Below the pieces are notes generated by a model. That model ran no database searches. It was not told the origin of the DNA and saw only the letters and a list, made by a program, of their open reading frames with translations. DNA of 64,000 nt, from positions 82,460,001 to 82,524,000 of the forward strand of contig OZ024743.1 of the NCBI GenBank assembly GCA_964016885.1, in the 5' to 3' direction. Positions within the stretch are counted from its first letter, which is position 1, and each line of letters starts with the position of its first letter. Below, in pieces: positions 1 through 12,747 of the stretch. This stretch comes from Eledone cirrhosa (lineage: Eukaryota). The translations under genes and the position numbers were made by a program.

Positions 1-32
<32 letters not shown>

Positions 33-142
33 CACTGTTGTTTCTTTATTGTGATATTTCCACACGTGCCTATGTTACATTTATATTTCTTTATTGTCAA
101 TATATTTATTTAAATTATATATATAGAACTTTCTGTATGAAA

Positions 143-260
143 GCACATACCTAATGGTTAGGATCTTAAGCAGACGACCTTAAGGTTTTGGGTTCAATTT
201 CTTGACCTGGTTTCACATTGTCTTCTTGACCAACAGACATCTTTTCACATTGCTTTACAT
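143..260 (+). mobile_element. Diverged tRNA-derived CORE-type SINE (family B)
   Basis: A-box-like CCTAATGGTTAGG, B-box-like GGTTCAATTTC, then TTGTCTTCTTGACCAA..CTTTTCACATTGCT, similar to the copies at 18195 and 50311. Confidence 0.6.
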
Positions 261-294
261 GATACGACTATGGTAACCTCATAAGGAGCTAGCT

Positions 295-710
295 AAGACT
301 ACACAACACTACACTGTAACACACAACACTACACTGTAACACACAACACTACAGTGTAACACACACACAAGACTACACTACACACAATACTACACTGTAA
401 CACACACAACCCTACACTGCAACACACACAACATTGTAACACACACAACACTACACTGTAACACACACAAGAGACATTGTAACACTACACTGTAACTCAC
501 ACAACGCTACACTGTAACACACAACACTACACTGTAACACACACAACACTACACTGTAACACACACAAGAGACACTGTAACACAACACTACACTGTAACA
601 CACAACACTACACTGTAACACACACAACACTACACTGTAACACACATAACCCTACACTGTAACACACACAACACTACACTGTAACACACAAAAGAGACAC
701 TGTAACACAG
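295..710. repeat. ~20-22 bp CA-rich minisatellite (ACACAACACTACACTGTAAC)
   Basis: Direct tandem units visible. Confidence 0.95.
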
Positions 711-1026
711 CCACCCTAGCGCCTACATTCAATATTTAATATGGGATGTGGGTATGTCAGGTTATATTGTGTGGTATTAGGGAGTTTGTGGGATGTGTGT
801 GGTATTAAGGAGTTTACTTCTGGTTTGTGGGTATGTCAGATTCTATTGCTATTTACGAGCAATCTAATCGACATGGAACCTGGGGGAGGTGCTGGGGTGG
901 AGGAGTTTAATAGATAAGATTTTAGAATTGGCATCTTTCCAAAGAAAATTAATAATCTTAGTGTTTGACACAAAACACACAATCCAAATATACACTCACA
1001 TATATATACATATATATATACATTAT

Positions 1027-1073
<47 letters not shown>

Positions 1074-1079
1074 CATATA

Positions 1080-1255
1080 ATTGTTTCTACTTTAGGCACA
1101 AGGCCAGCAATTATCCAGTGCATTACTGGTACTTTATTTTATCGACCCCGTAAGGATGAAAGGCAAAGTCAACCTCGGCGGGATTTGAACTCAGATCATA
1201 AAGGGACGTAACTATGCTTGAAAGCATGGCGTCCGACCCTCTACCGATACTGCCA
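1080..1255 (-). mobile_element. tRNA-head Nin/Deu-core SINE (family A), short form
   Basis: Minus strand reads TGGCAGTATCGGTAG (A box), GAGTTCAAATCCC (B box), GCCTTTCATCCTTACGGGGTCGATAAAATAAAGTACCAG (core). 15-bp TSD ATATATACATATAAT at 1067-1081 and 1255-1269. Confidence 0.92.
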
Positions 1256-1262
1256 TATATAC

Positions 1263-1560
<298 letters not shown>

Positions 1561-1940
1561 TACACATAGATACATACACACATACATACATACACACACA
1601 CACACACGCGCGCGCGTATATTGGGGAAAATCGATTAACTTTTAAATTTCATTTATGATAATATTTTACACGTTTTTATTGTATGTAAACTTCCCCCTTT
1701 GTATTTGTACCATTCTTTTGTGCCCCTGTGGCTAATAATACTCTTTTATTGACCTCGGAAGGGTGAAATACTAAGTTGATCTTGGCAGGTTTTGAACTAA
1801 GAACACATAGGCGTTCTAACGTTTTTGCCAGAATCTCTGTGAAACTCCAGAGTGACAAGATTCATCACTTGGCCATAATAAAAAAATATTGAATTCTACT
1901 TCAGCATTGAGGACTTATTGTCGCATCCGTCGACATCAAA

Positions 1941-1974
<34 letters not shown>

Positions 1975-2046
1975 TGTGTGTGTCTGTGTGTGTGTGTCTG
2001 TGTGTGTGTGTCTGTGTGTGTGTCTGTGTGTTTCTCTGTATGTCTC

Positions 2047-2089
<43 letters not shown>

Positions 2090-2689
2090 ATGTGTGTGTC
2101 TGTGTGTCTGTGTGTGTGTCTCTGTGTGTATTTGTATGTCTGTGTGTGTCTGTGTGTGTGTGTGTATGTGTATGTGTGTGTGTGTGTCGGGTACACAACT
2201 GCCACATTCCAAAATGTAATCTATTTCAATCTGACAAAACATTTCTGTAAACTACAGAAAAACTCAACCCCATCCAATATCGTTAATGTATATATACACA
2301 CACACACATATGACTACCAACACACACACACACACACATATGGCTACCAACACACACACACATATATGACTACCAACACACAGACACACACACATATGAC
2401 TAACAACACACACACACACACATATATGACTACCAACAGACACACACACACACACATGACTACCAACACACACACACACACACATATATGACTACCAACA
2501 CACACACACACACACACATATGACTACCAATACACACACATATATATGACTACCAACACACACACACACACACACATGCATGACTACCAACTCACACATG
2601 ACTACGAACACACACACATATATATGACTGCGAACAAACACACACACACATGACAACGAACACACACACACACACATATATGACTACGA

Positions 2690-2720
<31 letters not shown>

Positions 2721-2745
2721 CACATGACTACGAACAAACACACAT
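1941..2745. repeat. (TG)n tract followed by a TATGACTACCAA(CA)n minisatellite
   Basis: 1941-2187 is (TG)n; 2295-2745 is tandem ATGACTACCAAC(AC)n. Confidence 0.95.
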
Positions 2746-2872
2746 TAGATTAACAGTGAATGTTTCCTGATATCTAATCTACTTTCTGTCATCCCCCCCC
2801 CCTATATCTCTCCTTCTCCGCCTTCACACACCTACACAGGCATGTATATGTCTATACATATATACAGGAGGC

Positions 2873-2925
<53 letters not shown>

Positions 2926-3088
2926 GAAACGAGTAGGACCCCGACGGCTGAGCTCAAGAATTAGCCGTCGAAACGGCTTGAGCTCAGCCGTCGGGGTCCT
3001 ACACGTTCCTATTACCCACTCTACTACCCTAAGTATTGAGTACATTGGTGCGTTATGGTCCATCTGGTTCCTTACCACATTCCCTTCG

Positions 3089-3090
<2 letters not shown>
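2926..3090 (+). mobile_element. (TA)n-embedded fold-back element, family C
   Basis: Inverted arms GTAGGACCCCGACGGCTGAGCTCAAG / CTTGAGCTCAGCCGTCGGGGTCCTAC, plus tail CACTCTACTACCCTAAGTATTGAGTAC; (TA)n on both sides; homologs elsewhere in the window. Confidence 0.85.
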
Positions 3091-3137
<47 letters not shown>

Positions 3138-3143
<6 letters not shown>

Positions 3144-3365
3144 TACAAATATTAATAAAATAGATGTTCATTTGATCAATAACATTTTATTATACATATT
3201 TCAGAGGTACAACAGTACGTCCTCATCAGACAAAATATAATGATACATGACATACCCTGAGATGTTAAATGGTTAAGATTTAATCAAGGTATTTTTTACT
3301 GTAGAGTGCTTCCAATCTACTGTAAAACTCATTCTTTGATGTACTCATTGAATCTTGTTTAACTC

Positions 3366-3369
<4 letters not shown>
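3138..3369. mobile_element. (TA)n-embedded element, family D (Penelope-pLTR-like), one arm plus tail
   Basis: Similar to the left arm and tail of 60458-60885 (GTAGAGTGCTT..AATCTA.TGTAAAACT); flanked by (TA)n. Confidence 0.75.
3184..3236 (-). ncRNA. Minimal type-I hammerhead ribozyme motif
   Basis: Minus strand: ATTTTGT-CTGATGA-GGACGTACTGTTGTACCTCT-GAAA-TATGTA-TA-ATAAAAT. Stem I 7 bp with one G-U; near-palindromic short stem III. Confidence 0.75.
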
Positions 3370-3435
<66 letters not shown>

Positions 3436-3652
3436 TAATATCGATATTTTCCACATCTGTCAACATCTCTCACGTAAACAATGAAGCGGCAACTGATGTT
3501 GATATCAACTGTATTAATATTATAATAATCATTTAAGGTGGCTCCAATGTAACAACAGATGACACTAGCTGTTGACATGAATATAATGATGGGGAGACTG
3601 TACAGCACAGATAATAGATGTCTACCTTATTAATCCAATTATCAACGTATTG

Positions 3653-3843
3653 GGGGATTGGCAGAATCGGTAGAAAGTCGGACGCCATGCTTTGCAGCAT
3701 AGAGTTACGCCCCTTTATGGTCTGAGTTCAAATCCCGCTGAGGTTCACTTTGCCTTTTATCCTTACGGAGGTCGATAAAATAAAGTACCAGTAATACACT
3801 GGGATAATTGCTGGCCTTGTGCCAAAAGTAGAAACAATTATTA
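3653..3843 (+). mobile_element. SINE family A
   Basis: A box, B box, core and GAAACAATTA tail as in the other copies. Confidence 0.9.
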
Positions 3844-3956
3844 GTAAGTGATGGTGTGTGGCCTTGTGTTTAGGGCTTTTCGCCCACGAACATAAGAAAT
3901 ATAAAAATAGTGCCTCACTAAAATGGTAGACAGAGGCAGAGGCAATAAACAAGGTC

Positions 3957-4294
3957 TACTCCTGGGTCTCTTATAATCGCCCCCACACCAGCACCCGTTT
4001 ATCACATTTTACTAATATCTCTCCGGCGAAATTTTATTTTAAGTAGCAGCATTCCTACGACGATTAATTTTCTTTATACAGTAAAAAACATCACACATGA
4101 CAAAAAGAGTACCTTACTAGGAATTCCATGTTATAAAATAAACAGAATGGGTTGAGGTCTCAATATGTAAACTAAACAACTAATTCTGTTTTTTTTTTAA
4201 AGTTAACGAAGACAACATAAAAAGATTACCGACCCCCACCTCGTTTATTCCCCCCGTTTATGCCACAAACTCTATTATTTGTGACCCGAGAGTA
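3957..4294. mobile_element. Putative TA-flanked MITE
   Basis: Imperfect terminal inverted repeats TACTCCTGGGTCTC vs (revcomp) TACTCTCGGGTCAC; internal CCCGTTTAT subterminal motifs. Confidence 0.5.
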
Positions 4295-4470
4295 GGTAAC
4301 GTCCCCCTTATTATTTGTGACCCGAGAGTAGGTAACGTCGCCTATTATTTGTGACCCGAGAGTAGGTAACGTCCCCTATTATTTGTGACCCGAGAGTAAG
4401 TAACGTCCCCTATTATTTGTAACCCGAGAGTAAGTAACATCCCCTATTATTTGTGACCCGAGAGTAAGTA
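4272..4470. repeat. ~33-bp minisatellite x6 (CTATTATTTGTGACCCGAGAGTAGGTAACGTCC)
   Basis: Tandem units; the unit includes the right TIR of the adjacent putative MITE. Confidence 0.9.
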
Positions 4471-5164
4471 ATGTGCATTTTGTGAGGGGAAAAGGTATGA
4501 AATGTATCCAAACATATCCAGTCACCAGCTCAACTTATGGTTGGTAGTTGATACAATTCGGGGCTCCTACATTTAACCCCAATTATTCCAAGTTGAGAAC
4601 CATGTTTCTTTTACACACGTTTCTTTCTTTTATTTTTTGCGTGGTTTCTATAGTAACAAGACATTTTCGAAAAGTACAAAACAACAATATGACCGCATCA
4701 CATTAAACATTAATATCTTTAATTTAATCCATGTTTCACAATGATCTGTCTACTAGTAAAGATACTATAAACATTTGAATTAACAAACCTATTTTAAGAT
4801 ATTTTCTGCTGAACCATTACAGGATGTTATGAGTTAAATACCTGCAGAAGTTCCTCTGTCATTTCTGTGTCTGTGATTTACAGGAAATTTTCAATATTTT
4901 AACGAATTTATTTTGTTTCTGCTTTTGCTGTTTTTGTTGTATTGACGTTTTTAATATGAATCAATAAGTAGGTCGGATGCGAGACAATGAGGTTTGTATC
5001 CTATCATCGATAAAGTATGGTCAAGATAAACTTCTCAAATTGCTCAAGACACTGAGTTGAAAAAATATAAATACTACAAATATAAGCAAGAGGAGCATAT
5101 CATGTAACGAGTGTTTCATTATTTTATTGTGTTGTGTTTGTATCTTTCTATTGGTTGTTTCTAC

Positions 5165-5460
5165 AGAATTGATCAATTCTCATTCCTCATTGATAAATTT
5201 AACCTTTCATTGATACACTTGACTTCATATTGATAAATTTCACATTCCATTGATAAATTTGACCTGTCATTGATAAACTTGACCTTTCATTGATAAATTT
5301 GACCTCTCATTGATAAATTTCACATTCCATTGATAAATTTCACATTCCATTGATACATTTCACATTCCATTGATAAATTTCACATTCCATTAATAAATTT
5401 GACCTCTCATTGATAAATTTCACACTCCAATGATAAATTTAACCTCTCATTGATAAATTC
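5165..5460. repeat. 20-bp minisatellite (CATTGATAAATTTCACATTC), ~15 units
   Basis: Period-20 alignment visible. Confidence 0.95.
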
Positions 5461-5499
5461 TGTGAAGACGATGTCTTCAGTGGTACATCAATAAACTAT

Positions 5500-6430
5500 G
5501 TTAACCCTGTGAATTATGGGATATCCCATCTTTGAATCTGGATTATGGAATATCCCAGGGTTGATCCTCTCAATCATGTGACACTCCATGTGTTCATTCA
5601 TCTATGGATTATATTATACATGTGTTGCCCCATGTGGCTTGATTCTATGGATTATCTTACCCACCGGAACTGATTCTATGGATTAAGGAAGTTCATGGTG
5701 TTGACCCCATGGATTATAAAACTCCCAATTATTAACCCTATGGATTATAAGACACATCAATATTAACACGGATTATCTTACTGACCAACACTAACCCCAT
5801 GGATTATCTAAATGTAACTATACGGATTAAAGGATTAATACTCATTGACAATACAAATTAAGGACTCACTACACATCAGACTTTGGATTATATCACTCAC
5901 TAATATGCACTGTACGGATTATACATTTCACCATTACTGGATCTACGGATTATAAAATTATCACTGTTACTCCAATGGATTATAGGATTCACCAACTTTG
6001 ACCGATTGGATTTTGAAATCGCAAACATTCCCCCTTCCTCTGAATTATAAACACCCAAATATTAACCCAATGGATTATGGGATTCAACAGTGTTTGCCCT
6101 GAGGATTGGGGCCAATAATATCATGCACTCTGAATAATAAACACACCAGCTTTCATTCTATGGATTATGATACTCAATTATGTTAACCCTTTGGATTAAG
6201 GAACCACTAACCTACCTGCCCCTGAATTATAAGTTCACCTTTATTCATTTTACGGATTATGATACTCTGCTATATATTGACCCATTGGATTTAAGTATTC
6301 ACTACTGTTAACCCTGAATCATGGAGTCACTACTGTAGTTCTTGTGGATTATCGGATCCCTTATGTTTGACCTATGGCACCACCAATACCATCCCCTATT
6401 ATATGCCCACCTGTATATATTTTATGGGTT
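5500..6430. repeat. Degenerate ~31-bp tandem array with a conserved GGATTA core
   Basis: TGGATTAT/GAATTAT recurs every ~29-33 bp with divergent linkers. Confidence 0.8.
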
Positions 6431-7223
6431 ATGGCATTCCCAGCATCTTATTCACTTCACTAACAACGTGGAACACAATAGTTTTACATATGTAGCGCTT
6501 TTGATGTTTCTTGTCATCTCTTATAACAGTATTTAAATGTTTTTGTTTTGTTCTTTTACTGATGAGTTTATAATGGACAGAAACAACATATTTAAGGTGC
6601 TGTGCTAACCAGGTTACCTTCCGTGTGTATGTGTGTTTAACATATCACAGGTGTCTGTAGATTACTCAGCCTTTAACACATTTGAACGATCTACAGTGGA
6701 AATATTTTTCCCCAGTTTCGACAAATATTGTTAAATCTTCCTTAAATCATATATTAGTCTCTTTTTTTTTTTTTACAAAATAAACACATTGGGTACTAAA
6801 ATCCTAAATATACTGTCTGAAGAAATAGGTAGGCCATTAATGTTTGTTTTGTTCGCGTCTACGAAGGTGGCGCCTGGGTATTTAACGCCCTAGGCTATCT
6901 CTACAACGTCTGCCCTATTGCTCTTTTATGCACCGAAATCTTCCAGATAAAATAATTTCAACTTAGTTTAGTAAGCTGATGAACATAGATTTTGATACTT
7001 CTTGCTCTGACCCCATTAAAAAAAGATTCTTAAGCCTGCATTATCTACTACACAGTCTACACTCACTCATGTTAAATCATGTGACATGTCATAACACCAT
7101 ATGATCCACAACATTGCCACAAGGCAAAGATGTTTAATGATTTATTTATTGATCGCAAGAAATGAAATATTTTATTTAATTTTCTTGAATTTTATATAAA
7201 TATCTGTTCCTTTAAAGTTTAGC

Positions 7224-7663
7224 AATGTCACAGTAAATATACTGCCAAGTTGACCTTAATGGTAACGCCAGGCCTGGGTCTATGACGATGTCACAGTAAA
7301 TATACTGCCAAGTTGACCTTAATGGTGACGCCAGGCCTGGGTCTATGACGGTGTCACAGTAAATATACTGCCAAGTTGACCGTAATGGTGACGCCAGGCC
7401 TGGGTCTATGACAATGTCACAGTAAACATACTGCCAAGTTGACCTTAATGGTAACGCCAGGCCTGAGTCTATGACAATGTCACAGTAAACATACTGCCAA
7501 GTTGACCTTAATGGTAACGCCAGGCCTAGGTCTATGACATTGTCACAGTAAACATACTGCCAAGTGACCTTAATGGTAACGCCAGGCCTAGGTCTATGAC
7601 AATGTCACAGTAAACATACTGCCAGGTTGACCTTAATGGTAACGCCAGGCCTGAGTCTATGAC
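7224..7663. repeat. 63-bp minisatellite x7
   Basis: Unit AATGTCACAGTAAATATACTGCCAAGTTGACCTTAATGGTAACGCCAGGCCTGGGTCTATGAC; starts at 7224, 7287, ... Confidence 0.97.
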
Positions 7664-7777
7664 CGTCTTACTGATGTTATCGTCATCATTTTAACTCATC
7701 TAGTATTGTGGAAGTGCGTCAGTGACCAGGTTTTAGATGCACGACGAAGTTTTTAGTCGTATAGAAAGTGTGTTCTT

Positions 7778-7955
7778 GGGTGGTTAGAGTGCTCGGATTA
7801 CGATCGTAAAGTCGTGAGTTCAGTTGCTGGATTAGGAGAGACATTCTACCCTTGAGCAAGAGATTTCACCTTACTCCAATCCACTTAATAGGAAAAAATG
7901 AGTGGAATTGACGCTGGTGCCAAGCTATATCTGTCATTGCCTTTCCTCATCGATA
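7778..7955 (+). mobile_element. Diverged tRNA-CORE SINE (family B)
   Basis: GTGGTTAGAGTG..ACGATCGTAA.GTCGTGAGTTCA..CCTTGAGCAAGA..CTCCAATCCACT. Confidence 0.65.
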
Positions 7956-8142
7956 ACATCATATAATGTATATATAAGTTTTATATAGGCTATATATAGT
8001 GTATATATATAGGCTATATATAGGTTACATATAGTGTATATATATATATATATATATATGGGCCATATATAGGGTTTATATAGTGTATATATAGGATTTA
8101 TATAGGCTATATATAATGTATATATAGGCTATATATAGTGGA

Positions 8143-8678
8143 GTGTTTAAGTTTCCTTGAAGCATTGTGGAATATGAAAAATGGTTGTTTTGTTAGCCTC
8201 TACAATGCAGATGGGTAAATCTCCGGGTAACAAGATCAGGTGATAGTAGGAAGAAGGGAAAAGTAGAAAGAAAAGTAAAAAGAGACGTAAGAAGGCGTAA
8301 AAAGAAACCCAGAGATGGAGTTACCTTGGAAGAGATTTATTGGTCCCTACACTTCGGATTTCACATCAATCGACGGGAGGGGGTTCCGAATGGAAATAGA
8401 TATGTCAGGGAAGGGAACAATGTGGTTGTTTGTAGCTGCCGTTTGTGTCCGATTCGGACATATCTACTTCTCTTCGGCCACGCCGTCGATGGATGTGAAA
8501 TCCGAAATATAGGGACGAATAAATCTCTTCCAAGGTAAACTCGTTCTCTGGTTTTCTTTTTACGTCTCTTTTTACGTTTTCTTTTTCTTCTTTTCCCTTC
8601 TTCCTACTACCACTGACTTTGCTACTCGGAGATTTACGACCCTGTATTGTAGAGGCTTCCAAAACGACCGTTTTGCTA
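8143..8678. mobile_element. Large (TA)n-embedded fold-back element, family H
   Basis: Imperfect inverted arms ~8178-8405 / ~8457-8675 (e.g. CCTTGGAAGAGATTTATT / AATAAATCTCTTCCAAGG); one-arm homolog at 53605-53935. Confidence 0.8.
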
Positions 8679-9554
8679 TATATATATATTACATTTATAC
8701 TTTTATTACATCTACTACTACCACAACACTACTACTACAACCATCATCACTACCAGCACTACTACTACTACACCTACTAGTACCACTGTTGCACATACCA
8801 ACAGCAACAACACCACGATTCTCACTTTCACAACCACCTCACCATTACTACAGCCACCACCATCACATCTACCAGCAACACTATACCCCCACCACCACCA
8901 CCACCACTGTACGCCCAACACCACCACCTCCACCATCACCACTTTTCCATTCATTATATTTCTGTGTGAATGTAAGGTGTGTGGAGTGATTTATTTTGTT
9001 GTGTGGGGTGTGCTGTGAACTGTATGTGTATATATATGTATATATCTATATATACATGTGTATATATATATATATGTGTGTATGTATAAACATTATATAT
9101 ATATGTATGTGCATTATAAATGTTTGTATGTGTGTGTTTTATATATATATATATGTGTGTGTGTATTATATATATGAGAGTTTTATATATATATATGAGT
9201 GTGTATTATATATATATGAGTGAGTGTGTTTGTTATATATATGTGTGTGTGTGTGTTTGTTATATATGTGTGTGTATTATATATATAACTGCGTGTGTGT
9301 ATTATGTGAGCTGTGAGACAATTCTCACGCAATATATAAACACAGGACTGTTGTTTTATTAACTATACCATTGTTGTAGTAGTGGTGGTGGTAGTAGTGG
9401 TGGTGGTGGTGGTGGTGATGGTGGTGGTGGTGGTGATGTTAGTGGTGGTGGTAGTGGTGGTAGTGATGGTAGAAACTAGGAAACGGAGGAAATGTAATTC
9501 CTATTACTTCTCATTCACAGTCTAGGACACACTTCCTTTCTTTTGTTCTCCTTA

Positions 9555-12029
9555 TCACACACACAGACACACACACACACCAACACACACATACACACAC
9601 AGACACACACCAACACACACATACATACTCATACACATACACACACACAGACACACACACCAACACACATACATACTCATACACATACACACACCAACAC
9701 ACCAACACACACACACACCAACACACACACACACACACAGACATACACACACACTCACACACACACTCACATATACAAACACACACATACACACCTACAT
9801 TCACACACACACACACACAAAACAATGTTTCAGCATTTGTTTATATTTTGTTCTTTCTTGTGTCACTGTCAATGTGGATATGTTTGTAGATATATGTGAC
9901 TGTGTGTATATTTAAGTGCGCCTGTGTATGTGTGTGTGTGTATGTGTGACTCTGTGTGTGTGTGTGTCTGTGTATGTCTGTATGTGTGTGTTTGTGACTG
10001 TGTGTGTGTGTCTGTGTATGTATGTGTGTGTGTGTGTGTGACTGTCTGTGTGACTGTATGTGTGTGACCTTGTGTGTGTGTGTGACTGTATGTGTGTGAC
10101 TGTGTGTGTGACTGTGTGTGTGTGACTGGGTGTGTGTGTAGCTGTGTGTGTGTGACTGTATGTGTGTGTGACTGTGTGTGTGTGTGACTGTATGTGTGTG
10201 ACTGTGTGTGTGTGGCTGTGTGTGTGTGACTGTGTGACTGTATGTGTACGTGTGACTATATGTGTGTGACTGTCTGTGTGACTGTGTGTGTGACTATGTG
10301 TGTGTGTGACTGTGTGTGTGACTGTATGTATGTGACTGTGTGTCTGTGACTGTGTGTCTGTGTGACTATGTGTGTGACTGTTTGACTGTGTGTGTGTGTG
10401 ACTGTGTCTGTGTGACTGTTTGACTATGTGTGTAACTGTTTGACTGTGTGTGTGTGTGACTGTGTCTGTGTGACTGTTTGACTGTGTGTATGTGTGACTG
10501 TGTGTGTGACTGTATGTGTGTGTCGCTGTGTGTGTGACTGTGTGTGTGACTGTATGTGTGTGACTGTGTCTGTGTGACTGTATGTGTGTGACTGTGTCTG
10601 TGTGTCTGTGTGTGTGACTGTGTGTGTGACTATATGTATGTGATTGTGTGTCTGTGTGACTGTATGTGTGTGACTGTTTGACTGTGTCTGTGTGACTGTA
10701 TGTGTGTGACTGTTTGACTGTGTGTATGTGTGACTGTGTGTGTGACTGTATGTGTGTGGCTGTGTGTGTGACTGTATGTGTGTGACTGTGTGTGTGACTG
10801 TGTGTGTGTGACTGTGTGTGTGTGACTGTGTGTGTGACTGTGTGTGTGGATGTGTGTGTGTGTGTGACTGTGTCTGTGTGTGTGACTGTATGTGTGTGTG
10901 ACTGTGTGTGTGTGGCTGTGTGTGGTTGTGTGTGTTTGACTGTGTGTGTGTGACTATGTGTATGACAGTGATTGTGTGACTGTGTCTATGTGACTGTGTA
11001 TGTGGCTGTGTGTGTGTCACTGTGTGTGCGACCGTATGGGTGTGACTGTGTGTGTGACTGTATGTGTGTGTGACTGTATGTGTGTGTGACTGTGTGTGTG
11101 TGTGACTGTCTGTGTCTGTGTGACTGTGTGTGTGTGACCGTGTGTGTGTGATGTGTGTGTGACTATGTGTATGACTGTATGTGTGTGATTGTATGTCTGT
11201 GACTGTGTCTGTGTGACTGTGTGTGTGACTGTGTCTGTGTGACTGTGTGTGTGAGTGACTGTGTGTGTCACTGTGTGTGACTGTGTGTGTGACTGTCTGT
11301 GTCACTGTGTGTGTGACTGTGTGTGTGACTGTATGTGTGTGACTGTCTCTGTGTGACTGTCTCTGTGACTCTGTGTGTGACTGTCTGTGTGACTGTGTGT
11401 GTGTGACTGTGTGTGTGACTGTGTGTGTGTGACTGTGTGTGAGAGATAAAAAGCTTTTTCTCTCACGCGAAAACGACACTGTACTGTGATAACTATTAGT
11501 TTAACGTTTAAATTATATATGTATATATATGTGTGTATATATATATATGTATATATATGTGTATATATATATGTATATATATATATGTGTATATATATAT
11601 ATGTATATATATGTGTGTATATATATATGTATATATAAGTGTGTATATATATATATATATGTATATATATGTGTGTATATATATATATATATGTATATAT
11701 ATATGTGTATATATATATGTGTATATATATGTATATATATGTGTGTGTATATATATATATATGTATATATATGTGTATATATATATGTGTATATATATGT
11801 GTGTGTATATATATATAGTAGTATATGTGTGTGTGTATATATATATGTGTGTATGTATATATGTGTGTGTATATATATATGTGTATATATATGTGTGTAT
11901 ATATATATGTGTGTATGTATATATGTGTGTGTATATAAGTCTGTATATATATATATGCGTGTGTGTGTTTGTTTACTTATATGCATACCTATATTCATCC
12001 AGATTTCTATCTCCCTCCCCTACGTATAT

Positions 12030-12120
<91 letters not shown>

Positions 12121-12201
12121 CATGTGTGTGTATATATGTGTGTGTGTGTGTGTGTGATCTAACTCTATTCATATGTTCCTATATTCTAATGCGCGCACGC
12201 A

Positions 12202-12241
<40 letters not shown>

Positions 12242-12361
12242 AACATACGCACACACACACCCAAAATCACACAAACATACACACTCATACACACACACAC
12301 TCACACAAACAGACACATGCTCACACATACACACACACACACACACTCAAACATACACATG

Positions 12362-12398
<37 letters not shown>

Positions 12399-12400
12399 CA
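9555..12400. repeat. Compound micro/minisatellite block: (CA)n, (GT)nGACT minisatellite, (AT/GT)n, (CA)n
   Basis: Visible low complexity; source of the 351-aa, 237-aa and 209-aa pseudo-ORFs. Confidence 0.97.
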
Positions 12401-12459
12401 ACGACCCTGCCCAGCAGAAAATACGACGTATTAACGCAGCTGTTTTCTCACTCTCACTC

Positions 12460-12545
12460 TTACACGTGCACACACGCATGCGCATGCGTAACAGTATGGT
12501 GTGACGTCATCAGTGTTTGTTACCACATACCAGAACACGTGCAAC
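12460..12545. promoter_or_regulatory. Candidate CpG-rich TF-site cluster (NRF1-like, CRE, two E-boxes)
   Basis: CACGTG 12463-68, ACGCATGCGCATGCGT 12474-89, TGACGTCA 12502-09, CACGTG 12536-41. Confidence 0.35.
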
Positions 12546-12747
12546 AGGATTCTTTCAGAGTGCATCATTTACCCAGCATGCTCCTCTCCTATCATTGTTG
12601 CTTCTTTCATGGTTACAATCTACACAATGCCGCATATTCTCATTACCATACTCTCGCTTTATATGTACATACATCATCTCTCTCTCCCTCTACCCCGCTC
12701 TCTCTCTCTCTCTCTATCTCTCTGTATATATATATATATATATATAT

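Noticed and set aside
3653-3745. tRNA genes at SINE heads
   Set aside because: A/B boxes are present but there is no proper cloverleaf, and all continue into the SINE core and tail
10424-12242. 351-aa, 237-aa and 209-aa ORFs and all other YI/HT/CV-repeat ORFs
   Set aside because: Microsatellite translations
12502-12515. Minus-strand CTGATGA as a hammerhead (also 6976 and 19680)
   Set aside because: No properly placed GAAA or closing stems
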